From: an uncultured Chloroflexota bacterium
GTDB lineage: Bacteria > Chloroflexota > UBA11872
Direction of reading: 5' to 3'
Assembly: GCA_964422795.1 (NCBI GenBank)
Contig: CAYRCL010000034.1
Location: forward strand, 3,499-67,498
Length of the DNA: 64,000 bases
The position numbers and the translations under genes were made by a program. How positions within the stretch are numbered: the first letter of the stretch is position 1; the number at the start of each line of letters is the position of its first letter. Shown one piece after another: positions 10,871-21,842 of the stretch. The notes beneath the pieces are model-generated. The model did not search any database, was not told the DNA's origin, and saw only the letters and a list, made by a program, of their open reading frames with translations.

Positions 10871-13588
10871 CTACGCCCGACTCGGATCGATACGTATTTC
10901 GCCTGGCACCACGACGAAATCCACGGAGGTCAAGACCGTAGATCCGACAAGGATTTCAACGCGCCACGGACCCTCAGGCTTAGCAGTTGCCGGCACAAAC
11001 CAGAACCCAAATTGCGCCTGACTAAATCCTGGTTGAGGCTTAGTAAGAAATATTCCCTGTTGTGCATCGCCAGCGAACCAACGTATGCCAAGGCGAGAAC
11101 CCTCTAACACATCTACAAATTTGACGGCCACGTTGACTCGCTCACCGGGATGGAATTCAAGCGTCGGACCAATTGGAACTTGCCCTTCCCCGAGCTCAAG
11201 CGCCAGAACAACGGTGGCAACCTCAGCTGCCTCCTTCGCCGCCACCTGAGTCTCTTGGCTTTCAGGCGTCGACGTTGCAAGGGCTGGAGGTGTTTCACTC
11301 TCCAGAACGTTAGACCCCAAACGCCAAATAAGCCCATTAGATTCAAGGAGGTATGCACTTCCGTCACTACCAAGAACCAACTCACGGGCCGTATCAAGTC
11401 GAACGTCGCGTGCCGCCCCTCCAGATCCCCCGTCCCCACGAGGATTCCCAGCAATAACCCTAATCGTCCCATCCGGAGCAACCCGTGATATTTCACCAAA
11501 ACCGCTTTCGACGACATAAACGTTGCCAGACGAATCCACAACAACACCCACCGGTTTATCCAATAGGTCCTGCTTCGCTGTCTTGTCCGATGTAACACCG
11601 GAGTCATTAAATCCAGCCAGCGTGTCGATCACACCATCAATGCCAACTCGCCGTACCGCTCCCTCGTGAAGTTGGGTGATTAGCACCGAACCGTCGGGCG
11701 CAATCGCCACACGCTGAGGAAATCCCAACGCCGCCTCAATCGCGGGCCCGCCATCACCAGAACGACCATCAATCCCACTCCCAGCAAACGGACGGATCAC
11801 CCCATCAACTCCAATCACCCGCACTCTGTGGATCGGAGCATCCACCACATACAAAGCTCCTTGGCTATCAAGAGCCAATCCGACCAACTCGGTAAACTGC
11901 GCGTTGCGAGCCGGACCCCCATCACCTCCAGCTCCAGGTTGCGCCGAACCAGCCAGGGTGGTGATAACGCCAGATGGGTCAACCTTACGAATTCGGAAAT
12001 TACCCGTATCTGCGATGTAGAGTGCCCCATCGGTGTCAACTACGAGCGCCGACGGGCGATTGAGTTGGGCACTAGTCGCCGATCCTCCATCCCCTGAAAA
12101 ACCTGGGGCTCCAGTCCCAGCCACTGTTTCGACCGTACCGTCTCGACCTATTCGTCGCACTTGATGGTTCCCGGTGTCCGCGATGAGCAACCGACCAAAC
12201 GCGTCGATTGTTATGCCACGCGGCGATGCAAATGCCGCATCAAGCCGCTGTATACCGTGCCCCGATTCGCTAGACGGATCGGAACCCGCAAAATGCGTCG
12301 CTATCGCATCATCGGGTATTGGAACCCCATGGGGCAACGCCGCCATTGGCGCAACATACCCAATCTCCGTCACCAGTTTTTCTTCACTCTTCGGTACGGG
12401 TGCCAGAGTGCGAACACGACGCGCTCCCTGCTCAATCACGAGCAATCGACCATCAAGCGTAGGTGCTATGTCCATCGGAAGCGTCAAGCGGGATTCAACC
12501 GCAAGCTCACCGGACTCGATGCGCCCGCCTGCCATCCCAGCAATAGTTCGGATTACCCCGAACCGGTCAACACGTCGAATAAGACGGTTATTCCAATCAG
12601 CCACGAGGATTGCGCCGCTTGCATCCACGGCCACGCTTTGGGGCCCATTGAGTTCAGCATCGACGGCAGCGCCCCCGTCACCACCTCTTCCTGCCCGACC
12701 ACCACGTCCAATGATCGTCCCGATCAACCCATCCTTACCAGAAATACGGCGAATTCGATTTCCTGCAAGCTCGGCTATTAATACGTTGCCCTGATCATCA
12801 ATCTCAACATCCACAGGCTGATTTAACGTCGCTTCAAGCGGAGGTCCACCGTCACCATCACTGCCAGGCACACCTGTGCCCGCCACAGTCGTCACATATC
12901 CCTGCGTGTCTATCCGTCGGATGCGGTGCGCAGAACGCTCTGCTATAAACAGATTGCCCTCACCGTCAATCGCCATTCCCGCATTCCCGCTGGTCCGGGC
13001 AAGGAACGCCGGACCGCCATCGCCATCACGTCCGGGTTGACCGTCGCCAAGAACGGTGGAAATGAGACCACTGGGATCGATTCGCCTCACACGGTCGAGT
13101 TCGGCAACGAACAAGATTCCACCTTGATCCACGGTCAATCGGCTGGGATCAGTAAGCGCTGCAGCAAGTGCATATCCGCCGTCTCCGGAATACCCCCGTT
13201 TACCTGTACCAGCTACAGCCTCAATCAAGCCACTTGGATGAATGCGCCGAATTCGGCTAGCACTTGGATCAGACAAATAGATCATCCCATCCGACCCCAC
13301 AGCAACACCGCCCAAACTTCGAAATTGGGCATCTACCGCTAACCCTCCATCACCAGCATCACCAATAGCACCAGACCCAGCGAAATCAAGGATCACGGCC
13401 GGAAGATCAACGGGATGAGGTACGGGCTGAGGCACAGGTGGTACATACGGCGGAACCTTGGGGCTAGCCTTCACAGACAGAGGGAGAGGTGTGCCAGCGT
13501 CAGGCTCCTCCGTTTTACAAGCACCTATCGATGTCACAGCAACCAAAAAGCCAAACACTCGCCGACGGGGAAATCTATAAGCACTCAT
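10871..13588 (-). CDS. Large NHL-repeat (tandem beta-propeller) lipoprotein with a C-terminal beta-sandwich-like domain
   Basis: Signal peptide with RRR and lipobox IGAC; Pro-rich linker; many (V/I)AGTG..G..GDGG.A..A.L..P..(V/L)A.D..G.L.IAD repeats in two blocks; Thr/Pro/Ser linker before the C-terminal domain. Confidence 0.88.
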   Translation of the reverse strand: MSAYRFPRRRVFGFLVAVTSIGACKTEEPDAGTPLPLSVKASPKVPPYVPPVPQPVPHPVDLPAVILDFAGSGAIGDAGDGGLAVDAQFRSLGGVAVGSDGMIYLSDPSASRIRRIHPSGLIEAVAGTGKRGYSGDGGYALAAALTDPSRLTVDQGGILFVAELDRVRRIDPSGLISTVLGDGQPGRDGDGGPAFLARTSGNAGMAIDGEGNLFIAERSAHRIRRIDTQGYVTTVAGTGVPGSDGDGGPPLEATLNQPVDVEIDDQGNVLIAELAGNRIRRISGKDGLIGTIIGRGGRAGRGGDGGAAVDAELNGPQSVAVDASGAILVADWNNRLIRRVDRFGVIRTIAGMAGGRIESGELAVESRLTLPMDIAPTLDGRLLVIEQGARRVRTLAPVPKSEEKLVTEIGYVAPMAALPHGVPIPDDAIATHFAGSDPSSESGHGIQRLDAAFASPRGITIDAFGRLLIADTGNHQVRRIGRDGTVETVAGTGAPGFSGDGGSATSAQLNRPSALVVDTDGALYIADTGNFRIRKVDPSGVITTLAGSAQPGAGGDGGPARNAQFTELVGLALDSQGALYVVDAPIHRVRVIGVDGVIRPFAGSGIDGRSGDGGPAIEAALGFPQRVAIAPDGSVLITQLHEGAVRRVGIDGVIDTLAGFNDSGVTSDKTAKQDLLDKPVGVVVDSSGNVYVVESGFGEISRVAPDGTIRVIAGNPRGDGGSGGAARDVRLDTARELVLGSDGSAYLLESNGLIWRLGSNVLESETPPALATSTPESQETQVAAKEAAEVATVVLALELGEGQVPIGPTLEFHPGERVNVAVKFVDVLEGSRLGIRWFAGDAQQGIFLTKPQPGFSQAQFGFWFVPATAKPEGPWRVEILVGSTVLTSVDFVVVPGEIRIDPSRA

Positions 13589-13594
13589 CCGTAA

Positions 13595-15004
13595 CTAACG
13601 AGCATTGCCTCGAACCACCATCAACATCGTGCGCAACAGTATCCGGAGATCGAAAAGCAATGACCAATTCTCAATGTAGTACACGTCATACCTGGTTCGA
13701 TCCGAGATAGACGAATCACCACGACTCCCGTTAACTTGGGCCCATCCCGTTAGTCCTGCTCGCTCCCGATGTCGGACCATATATCTTGAGAATTCGCCAC
13801 GGAATTTAGCCACATAATCAGGCTGTTCAGGCCGGGGGCCAACCAAACTCATATCGCCCTTAACAACATTGATCAGTTGCGGTAGCTCATCCACCCAATA
13901 TCGGCGCAAAACCCGACCAATGCGCGTTTGGCGCGGATCATCAGTAACAGTCCATGTTCTACCATATTCATCCGCACCATCCACCATTGTGCGGAACTTG
14001 ATTATCGGGAACTCCCGTCCATCCCGGCCAACCCGTGATTGCACATAGAAAGCCGACCCACGCGAATCAAGCTTAATGATTAATGCTGTTAACAACATCG
14101 GAACAGAAGCAAGAACCAACACCGCAGTAGCAACCACTAAATCAAGAGAACGCTTTGCGAGCCTGCTGAGTCCACGAATCCGAACCTCGTTGACAGCAAT
14201 TAGCGGCAATCCGCGCACACCTCCTTCAACAACTGGCGAGACCATCAGCTGGAAGAGATCAGGTAACAACCAGACGTCAGCATACGATGCTTCCACATCG
14301 CCCAAGATCGCGAGCAGATCATCGTGTGACAAAGAAGGGATTGCCACAATAACCTTATCTATCTCATGCTCAGATATCACGCCAGCAAGCAGTTTTAGTG
14401 GGCCAAGCACCGAAACTTCGCAGCCGTCCAACCTGACCTCAGATTCGAAATCGTCGAGAAAACCGACCAGCTCATACCGATGCCCGGAGTCCTCAACCAA
14501 GCGAGAAGCAACCTGCAAACCCTCAACGCCAGCCCCAACCACAATTACACGTTGAACACCAACACCATGGACAGCCAAAGTTTTCAGTACTCGGGCGAGA
14601 GCTGACCGTCCAACAGCTACGAACACAATCCCAATTATCCAGACCAATAGCATGGTCTCACGTACCGGCTCTAACCTGTCAGCAAAGAGAAAGAAGGTTG
14701 CCGTCACCCCCAGCAAACATCCAATCGTGACCATGGCGGCACTGCGTGCCAGCCGATTAAACGGTCCAGCCGCCCGATAGAGTGAGTACATCCCGAGTGA
14801 CAAACCACCCACAATGGAAGACACGATAAAGATCATCGTTACTGGGGTGAGAAAAAGAAATCGGCTTGGAGACACACCATCAAACCAACCAAACCGATAC
14901 CGAACGTAATAGGCAGTAACAGATGCCAGAGCCAAAGCAAATACATCGGCCACGAGCGATATACCAGAGACGATGCCTCCCCAGTTTCGTCGCGTCCACG
15001 TCAT
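13595..15004 (-). CDS. Priming sugar transferase (undecaprenyl-phosphate hexose phosphotransferase, WcaJ/WbaP family)
   Basis: N-terminal TM helices, a Rossmann-like VVGAG segment, and KRSLDL, KFRTM, DELPQLINVVKGDMSLVGPRP, GLTGWAQVNG and DVYYIENWSL. Confidence 0.95.
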   Translation of the reverse strand: MTWTRRNWGGIVSGISLVADVFALALASVTAYYVRYRFGWFDGVSPSRFLFLTPVTMIFIVSSIVGGLSLGMYSLYRAAGPFNRLARSAAMVTIGCLLGVTATFFLFADRLEPVRETMLLVWIIGIVFVAVGRSALARVLKTLAVHGVGVQRVIVVGAGVEGLQVASRLVEDSGHRYELVGFLDDFESEVRLDGCEVSVLGPLKLLAGVISEHEIDKVIVAIPSLSHDDLLAILGDVEASYADVWLLPDLFQLMVSPVVEGGVRGLPLIAVNEVRIRGLSRLAKRSLDLVVATAVLVLASVPMLLTALIIKLDSRGSAFYVQSRVGRDGREFPIIKFRTMVDGADEYGRTWTVTDDPRQTRIGRVLRRYWVDELPQLINVVKGDMSLVGPRPEQPDYVAKFRGEFSRYMVRHRERAGLTGWAQVNGSRGDSSISDRTRYDVYYIENWSLLFDLRILLRTMLMVVRGNAR

Positions 15005-15032
15005 ATCGACAAACTCTTATCCGTTCCACGCA

Positions 15033-15905
15033 TTAGTGGACCATCCTCCTAATTACAGCACCGGCCCCCAGCACAAGAATTGCGCCCGACACCAGACCAC
15101 GCAGGATCCATGGCTCATGTGCATGATGCTCGTGATAATACCGCCACATCGATCGATAAAATTCGAATCTAGTCCGAACTGGCCGCTGTCGTGAGGACTC
15201 ACGTTTCCAGTGCGTCACATGCGCTTCATGAACACACAAGGTTCGCCAACCCAAATTAGCAAGTCTTCGATGCAGATCGAGATCATCGCCATACATAAAG
15301 TATCGCTGGTCGAATCCGCCTACCGCATCAAACACCGTTCTACGGATTAGGAAACATGCCCCCGAAACAGAGTCCACCTCACGTTCACCAGTCGTTGCAA
15401 CTTCCTCGGTGTTGTATGGCTTCTCAATATCAAGGCCAACTACACGCGGGGCACCCAAAAAACGATGAATAGCACTCGCCAGACTCGGGAAATTTCGACT
15501 CGAGGCCGGATCAATTCGACCGCTCGGTAGTATTAATCTGGGTCCGACCGTAGCCACGTCGAGTCGCGACCCCAAGCGCTCAGCCAACACCTGAATTGAT
15601 CTGTCTTCAAGTTCCGTATCCGGATTGAGAAATAAAATCAGCGGAGCACACGTTGCCTCAGCTCCAATGTTATTCGCACGGCCAAATCCAAGCTCCGATG
15701 AACCACGAATGGCCTTAACATTCTTGCGAGCAAGCAACATCTGCCATGTGCCATCACAAAAACCGTTATCAACAACAACAACCTCAATATTCAGCGAACC
15801 GGCTGCATCGCCGAGACTGTCAAGACACCGAACTAAAAGGTCATGAACATCGAATGTTGTTATCACGATGGCTACATCCGGAATACGACTCATAGCCGGC
15901 GACAA
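15033..15905 (-). CDS. Glycosyltransferase family 2 (WbbL/rhamnosyltransferase-like)
   Basis: VVVVDNG, GFGRANN, FLNPD, SGACFLIRR and GGFDQRYFMYGDDLD. Confidence 0.92.
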   Translation of the reverse strand: MSPAMSRIPDVAIVITTFDVHDLLVRCLDSLGDAAGSLNIEVVVVDNGFCDGTWQMLLARKNVKAIRGSSELGFGRANNIGAEATCAPLILFLNPDTELEDRSIQVLAERLGSRLDVATVGPRLILPSGRIDPASSRNFPSLASAIHRFLGAPRVVGLDIEKPYNTEEVATTGEREVDSVSGACFLIRRTVFDAVGGFDQRYFMYGDDLDLHRRLANLGWRTLCVHEAHVTHWKRESSRQRPVRTRFEFYRSMWRYYHEHHAHEPWILRGLVSGAILVLGAGAVIRRMVH

Positions 15906-16825
15906 TATCCAGCAACAAAGCCGGCCATCTTAGAGACATCGCCCACGATCCGGAGAATCGGCATTAGAACAACTGCAAGAATCGGCTTCGCTGACGCGGT
16001 CCGCTGAATCATCACAGGTGCACGCCGTAATACCCTCCAGAGATATCCACAGACCAAAACACCCAACAGCACCTTGGCCACCGCAGACGGAAGACTGAAC
16101 AACACAACGCCCAGCCCGTACGCTCCAAACCTGACAATGTGTCGGTGTACAAGCATCCCGGCATGGCCATCACCTGCCGCGTATTGGAAATATTGTCGAG
16201 CGAACGCTGAAACAGTTGAGCGTGGCCGAATCCCGACATCAGCCTCGGATGCATGACAAAACCATCCACCAGCACGCCAGATCGCGCGATCAAGCCACAG
16301 ATCTTCACCATGAGCCAACCACTCAGGGTATCCTCCTATCCGGTCAATCCATGAGCGACGAAAAAGTGCCGATCCACTGCTCGGCGGATATTTTTTCTCA
16401 TCTATTTCATGCGCCAACGGAAGAACCACCGCCCCAAGAGCAGCTTCAAACGTTGTGCTCGGCGACGCCAAAATATATCCAAACGATCCAGCCGCTAACG
16501 GTTCGGAGTCCAAAGCCGCAACGAGGCCTTCAAGCCAAAAGGGTGATCGTTGAATACCAGCGTCCGTCACCGCTACCAAGGCGGCTCGCGTACTCTTAAT
16601 GGCTAAATTCCGTCCCGCCGCAATGTTCGTACCCGGAGCGCTCCGCACAACAATGCGTGAATCAATAGCAGCACACGCACGGAGAGTGTCGAGAGTCCCA
16701 TCAGTTGAGCCACCGTCAACAATTACGATTTCATCCGCCGGAAATCGCTGACTCAGAAGGCCTTCAATCAAAGCCCTCGCGTCAGCAACCTCATTCTTAA
16801 CCGTTGCACAAACAGCGACACTCAT
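15890..16825 (-). CDS. Glycosyltransferase family 2
   Basis: EIVIVDGGSTDGT, NIAAGRN, TDAG and GGYPE...GED. Confidence 0.9.
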   Translation of the reverse strand: MSVAVCATVKNEVADARALIEGLLSQRFPADEIVIVDGGSTDGTLDTLRACAAIDSRIVVRSAPGTNIAAGRNLAIKSTRAALVAVTDAGIQRSPFWLEGLVAALDSEPLAAGSFGYILASPSTTFEAALGAVVLPLAHEIDEKKYPPSSGSALFRRSWIDRIGGYPEWLAHGEDLWLDRAIWRAGGWFCHASEADVGIRPRSTVSAFARQYFQYAAGDGHAGMLVHRHIVRFGAYGLGVVLFSLPSAVAKVLLGVLVCGYLWRVLRRAPVMIQRTASAKPILAVVLMPILRIVGDVSKMAGFVAGYCRRL

Positions 16826-18036
16826 CTGCGACGCTCGTTCGATCCCGATTCAACAATCCGTGCATAAGCTTTAAGCAATTGAGATCCGACCACGTCGGCA
16901 TTGTGCACAGCCTGCAGATAAGAAAACCCAGCAGCTTTAGCCGACTTGTAGGCACTGTCATCGATCAATATCGCAGTCGTGACACGTGCGAAGTCATCGG
17001 GATGACTTGCAGTAGCAACACCGATCTGTTCCGCAGGCGCTAAACCCACATATCCTTCTGTTCGTGCAACCACAGGTCGACCCGCAGCAAAAGCGGATAG
17101 AACCTTGTAGGGCGCACCTGCTGCTACCGATGTCGGTGACACCGCTATCCAAGCCCGCCTGTATTCGCCCTCGATATCACCAACAATGCCCCCGAGTGTC
17201 GTTCTTGCCGGCACTATCGGCCCGAGAGCCTTTGATCCAGGTCCGATCACGCGCAACTCTGCGCGCGGAAGATTTCGAACAATCCCAGGCCAGACACGAC
17301 CAAAAAACCATTCTGCTGCCAATATGTTTGGTCTGTAACCAAAATTCGCCGCAAACAGGACCGTTGGATTGGCATTACGACCATCTATTCCTGGACATCG
17401 GGACGGCACCCGAACTGGATGGGGGATGTACACCGGCGACTTCGCTCCCAAGTCTCCCAATCGTGAGCAGTCGTTCTCGGACGATCCAACTGAGAGATCG
17501 ACCGTTCGCGCAATCCACTCCTCTACGCGTCGAATTAGCCGCGCTTGACGACCGGCCCAAAAGGACCTCAACCCTGTAGAAACATCTGCCAGTGCGGCTT
17601 GTAGCAACCATTCCACATTGTGAGCATCGTAGATCACACGAGGTCGATCGACATCGCGTGTGACCATAGTGTGGACATCGTGAATTAGTGGTGCGAGCTG
17701 AATCTGAGCCAGATGCACCACATCGTAACGATCACGAGCGAGAAGCATCTGGACACGGCCACGAAGCGTCCACGAGGAATGGCGGGCAATCACGTCAGGA
17801 AGTCCTTGACTGAACCCGGTTTGCAATCGTCGAATCACAGACGGAACTGACGCACGAACACGAACAAATTGACAAATGGAATCCGGAACGGATGTTTCAA
17901 GGCCATCGGTTTGGTCAAGAAATATGACATCCACCTGATGTTCCGCAGCCAAAACCTCCAAAAAGAGACTGTTTCGCAGAGCTGCGCCGTGCGCAGAGGG
18001 CCATGGCGGAGTCGCTGTAACCACAAGCACTCTCAT
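16822..18036 (-). CDS. Glycosyltransferase family 4
   Basis: GT-B pattern with YDAHNVE, F.ANFGYRPN and G..YKVLSAFAAGRPVVA. Confidence 0.85.
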   Translation of the reverse strand: MRVLVVTATPPWPSAHGAALRNSLFLEVLAAEHQVDVIFLDQTDGLETSVPDSICQFVRVRASVPSVIRRLQTGFSQGLPDVIARHSSWTLRGRVQMLLARDRYDVVHLAQIQLAPLIHDVHTMVTRDVDRPRVIYDAHNVEWLLQAALADVSTGLRSFWAGRQARLIRRVEEWIARTVDLSVGSSENDCSRLGDLGAKSPVYIPHPVRVPSRCPGIDGRNANPTVLFAANFGYRPNILAAEWFFGRVWPGIVRNLPRAELRVIGPGSKALGPIVPARTTLGGIVGDIEGEYRRAWIAVSPTSVAAGAPYKVLSAFAAGRPVVARTEGYVGLAPAEQIGVATASHPDDFARVTTAILIDDSAYKSAKAAGFSYLQAVHNADVVGSQLLKAYARIVESGSNERRR

Positions 18037-19109
18037 ACAAGAGCCCTATAGACAGCGAGGGTTTCTCGTGCAGTGCGATCCCATGTAAAACATTGAGCAC
18101 GAAGACGGCCACGCTCACCTAACGACATTCGAAATTCCGAATCGCTAGCAACCCTATCAATTGCTGCAGTAATGTCCTCGGTAACCTCCGGGTCAACAAG
18201 TAGAGCCCCGTCACCTACCAACTCCGGTAGTGCACCGGCGTTCGCTGCAATCACTGGCGTCGCACACGACATAGATTCAAGCGCTGACAGTCCAAATCCC
18301 TCATCTAGAGATGGAACAAGCACAAACTCCGCTTGCTGGAAGAGTCGAGCGAGCACACTGTCACGTACACGACCGATAAACCGTACTAACCCAGACGGAT
18401 TCTCGGATTGAACATCACGCACGATTTGCGAACCACTAAACCCTAGAGAACCAACCAGTAAAAGTCTTCCTTCACGAGCAAACTTCGATTGAGAAAAGGC
18501 GCGGCACGCAGTCACAATATTTTTCCGTGGCTGAATCGTACCGACCATCAGAACAAAGGGCGTTGGCCAAAGACGCTCCTCATTAGGGAACTCGACAGCC
18601 GGCAAACCAGCGGCCTCTGGCACAACTGTAATTCGACTCGCATTTGCGAGCTCTTTCTCCAGCAAACGCGATCTCACATACTCCGAGACCGCGATAACCC
18701 CCTCTGCTTTCCGGAGACTCCGAACAGCAACCTGATAATGATCGAGACTTCGATCCGAATGGGTATAGGGATGTGTGAGAAAAGAGAGATCATGCACAGT
18801 CACAATGGAGGGTCCACCGAATCCGTCTGGAATCCCATGATCCGGCCAGTGCACAAGGCTGGCGCCTCTTAGCTGCATAGGCAATAGAAATCTCTCGGAC
18901 CCATGGCGAGCGGGCACCATAACCCTTTTTGTGGGTAGCGCAGACCTTGATGATTTTGTTTCGAAGGCGTCGACCAGGAGCTTGACGTCAAAATCCGTTT
19001 GGGGAAGGCCAGCCAAGGCTTCCTGCAATCTCCAAATGTATCGCCCAATACCAGCACGGTCATACCGGAGCAACCGTCCGTCAAGCATGACCGATTTCAT
19101 CGTGATCAA
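18033..19109 (-). CDS. Glycosyltransferase family 4 (mannosyltransferase-like)
   Basis: GIGRY, VTVHDLSF, VGTIQPRKN and PSLDEGFGLSALESM (EX7E). Confidence 0.92.
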   Translation of the reverse strand: MITMKSVMLDGRLLRYDRAGIGRYIWRLQEALAGLPQTDFDVKLLVDAFETKSSRSALPTKRVMVPARHGSERFLLPMQLRGASLVHWPDHGIPDGFGGPSIVTVHDLSFLTHPYTHSDRSLDHYQVAVRSLRKAEGVIAVSEYVRSRLLEKELANASRITVVPEAAGLPAVEFPNEERLWPTPFVLMVGTIQPRKNIVTACRAFSQSKFAREGRLLLVGSLGFSGSQIVRDVQSENPSGLVRFIGRVRDSVLARLFQQAEFVLVPSLDEGFGLSALESMSCATPVIAANAGALPELVGDGALLVDPEVTEDITAAIDRVASDSEFRMSLGERGRLRAQCFTWDRTARETLAVYRALV

Positions 19110-20470
19110 CTATTACCCGCACGACGGGCAACAATCACTCCAACAACCGAACCAAACAGATAAACGAGGTGCGGAAAACTCACAATGTGATGATCGAAAA
19201 ATCCAGCAACAGTGAAAGACACCAAAGCCGCATAGAAGGGACCTATGTCTTTGTCGAACCTCAAATGCGAATTGGCTCGTCGTGCAACCCCGGCAATCAA
19301 ACCCAAATGAACAAGCCCCGCAAAAATTCCAGCTCGTTCCATCAGCCAGAGCCATGCGTTGGAAACACCGGCGAATATGTCCGCATGTGGCGCCTCGCCA
19401 TAACCGATCCCAAGCAGGGGGAAGCGCTGAATCACGCGCATAGCTTCCTTCAATTCATTCACTCTAAGCGCGGCTGACCGATCCGAACCAGCGAACCCAT
19501 TCCGAATTCTCAAAAATTGCTCAAGAGGGATCAACAACACCGCTAAACCTAAGCCAGTTGCAAGCACCACAGCAGTACGTGGTCGGTAAACGGCCATCCA
19601 CACCAGGAGACCAGCAACAGCCGCAATCCAGCTTGCACGTGAAAGTGTAAGCGCTAACGCAAAACAAACTAGAACTAGAGCAACAACTCCCGGAAACATG
19701 CGCCGAGATCGGCCCATCATCCATGTCACAACAAACGGAAGGCCCGCGGCCAAAGTGACCCCAAGAACATTTGGATCGACCAAGAGTCCGGTTGCACGTG
19801 GGGTAATTTCGTCCGGAAGAAACCGTGCAACACCACTAGATGGATAACCTGCTACCGCCAAACCTTCTAACGCTTCGAGCCCCGCAGAACCAGAAACGTA
19901 AATCACCAACGTCAATAGTGCTTGTATTGTTGAGGCACCGGTAATCAGCGACACACTGGAACGAAGCACAGACCGCATCCGAACTGCATAAAACACGATT
20001 AAAGGTGTAGCCCCGTAGAGCGCCATCTTTATAGCAATTTGAAATGCCTCGATATGGTTAACATCAACAAGGGCCGCAGCGCCCGCAGCCAGTGGAAGGG
20101 CCACACCAACCACCACGAGAATCTGAAGCCAGACCGGAGCCATATTCCCCGGACGTCGAACACGTTCGATAAGCACGCCCACGAACACCGAACCCACAAT
20201 AACGTCAAGAATTGGCGGCTGAATTCCAAGGCGCTGGGGAACAATTAAGAACGGCGCAATCAAAGCCACAATACAGGCAACAGCCAAACCCACAATCGGC
20301 CTCGCTACGCCGAAAGCAAGACCAACTGCGGCGATGGCGCCAGCGACTGCTGCCGGAGCTTCACGACCACCACTTAGCGTCCCGGCAATCAATGCAGCGA
20401 TGACCAGTGCACTGACAACAGACCGAGGCAAGCGGTACATCTCTCGCCTCACGCCATTCACCCCTAGCAC
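19106..20470 (-). CDS. O-antigen ligase / Wzy_C family membrane protein (possible oligosaccharyltransferase)
   Basis: About 11-12 hydrophobic helices; RATGLLVDPN, LTLSRASW and S..LR.......PLLGIGYG. Confidence 0.85.
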   Translation of the reverse strand: MLGVNGVRREMYRLPRSVVSALVIAALIAGTLSGGREAPAAVAGAIAAVGLAFGVARPIVGLAVACIVALIAPFLIVPQRLGIQPPILDVIVGSVFVGVLIERVRRPGNMAPVWLQILVVVGVALPLAAGAAALVDVNHIEAFQIAIKMALYGATPLIVFYAVRMRSVLRSSVSLITGASTIQALLTLVIYVSGSAGLEALEGLAVAGYPSSGVARFLPDEITPRATGLLVDPNVLGVTLAAGLPFVVTWMMGRSRRMFPGVVALVLVCFALALTLSRASWIAAVAGLLVWMAVYRPRTAVVLATGLGLAVLLIPLEQFLRIRNGFAGSDRSAALRVNELKEAMRVIQRFPLLGIGYGEAPHADIFAGVSNAWLWLMERAGIFAGLVHLGLIAGVARRANSHLRFDKDIGPFYAALVSFTVAGFFDHHIVSFPHLVYLFGSVVGVIVARRAGNS

Positions 20471-20492
20471 AACGACATACCGACGCTGCTAT

Positions 20493-20861
20493 TCAGTCGC
20501 TATCCACGTTCGTATCACTCACATTGGTTGTCTGCTGCTGGGCCTTCCACGAGTCAAATACATCTTGCTCCACCAGTTCACCACCCTCAATAGTGAAATC
20601 ACCGGTAAAGGATCGAGTTGTATCGAAAATAAGATGCAAGCTGATGGTCTTAAAACTCTTACTCCCAATGATTTCCTTGGTCACTGTATAGTGCGACGCA
20701 TAGTCGCCAGGCCCATCAAATTCCGGTGAGAGATCGTTTTCCGCGTCAATACGAACATCAAGAATCTCGTCCGCGAACTTGCTTTTCACATAGAAATGCC
20801 AAGCACTGTCCTGAGATTCGCCCCTATCACCGCCACCAAAGATTCGTCGAAAAAATCCCAT
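20493..20861 (-). CDS. Hypothetical protein
   Basis: Clean 122 aa ORF with GGAGG RBS, co-oriented inside the glycan locus; amphipathic MGFFRRIFGG start. Confidence 0.75.
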   Translation of the reverse strand: MGFFRRIFGGGDRGESQDSAWHFYVKSKFADEILDVRIDAENDLSPEFDGPGDYASHYTVTKEIIGSKSFKTISLHLIFDTTRSFTGDFTIEGGELVEQDVFDSWKAQQQTTNVSDTNVDSD

Positions 20862-20879
20862 ATGCGTCCTCCGCCTACG

Positions 20880-21842
20880 TCAACGCTCGAGCAGTGAATC
20901 GATATAAGCATCTGACACACGACGCGTACGTTGCCTATTGCCGCGTTTTCTTAATGCCCCGTAGAGATGCCGGAACATTGCAAACTGCCCCGCGAGAGTG
21001 GCACGCGCCGCGTTACCTCGAATTTCACGCAACGCACTAAGACCAAGTCTAAGTTGCGCCCAAACGATTCGCCACCAAGCACGTCGCCAAACAGAACCGG
21101 GCAAATTCATAACGGCGACCAACGGGCGGTTACGGGCAACCAAATAACTCGCAACTGCCCCGCCTGCAGTTGCGCTAACCCGGTGACGCACAATAGCGTC
21201 TGGGACATACCAACAGCGATAGCCAGCCAACTGCGCTCTCCAGTCAAGATCTACATCTTCGCAATACATCACCAGATCTTCGTCAAAGCCCCCAATATCA
21301 TCAAATAGCTCGCGTCGGTATCCTGCCGCAGCTGCGCAGGCTCCAAAAACCTCTCGACCTTTGTTGAACGCTGGCCCATCGACTCTCCACACACCCCGAT
21401 TGTTAGGAAGTCCCTCTAAAGAGTACGTGTCGCCCGCCGCGTGTAGGCGCGTAGGGTCATCGTACAAGCGAATACGAGATGCAAGAAAACTAACCGAATC
21501 TTCCACATCAAACGCATGATCAAACGCCGCAAGCCATTCAGGATCCGGGACAGCATCATTGTTGAGCAGAGCGAGGTAGGAACCACGTGCAGACTTTATT
21601 CCCGTGTTCAGTGCAGCAGCGAGACCACGACGTTCCGCAACCTCGATAAGCGAATCTGAGGGCCGATGAACCTTAAACCAAGCAGCTGTATCGTCGTCCG
21701 AACCGTCATCTACTACAAGCACTTCGAAGTCACGAAATGTTTGCGAATCCAGCCCATCCAAAGCCTGTTCAAGAAGATGGCGCCCGTTCCACGTCGGAAT
21801 AATTACGGACCAACGCGGCGGGGCAGATCCGCCATCACTCAC
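20880..21842 (-). CDS. Glycosyltransferase family 2
   Basis: SVIIPTWNG, VVDDGSDD, LLNND and GGFDEDLVMYCEDVDLDWR. Confidence 0.93.
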   Translation of the reverse strand: MSDGGSAPPRWSVIIPTWNGRHLLEQALDGLDSQTFRDFEVLVVDDGSDDDTAAWFKVHRPSDSLIEVAERRGLAAALNTGIKSARGSYLALLNNDAVPDPEWLAAFDHAFDVEDSVSFLASRIRLYDDPTRLHAAGDTYSLEGLPNNRGVWRVDGPAFNKGREVFGACAAAAGYRRELFDDIGGFDEDLVMYCEDVDLDWRAQLAGYRCWYVPDAIVRHRVSATAGGAVASYLVARNRPLVAVMNLPGSVWRRAWWRIVWAQLRLGLSALREIRGNAARATLAGQFAMFRHLYGALRKRGNRQRTRRVSDAYIDSLLER

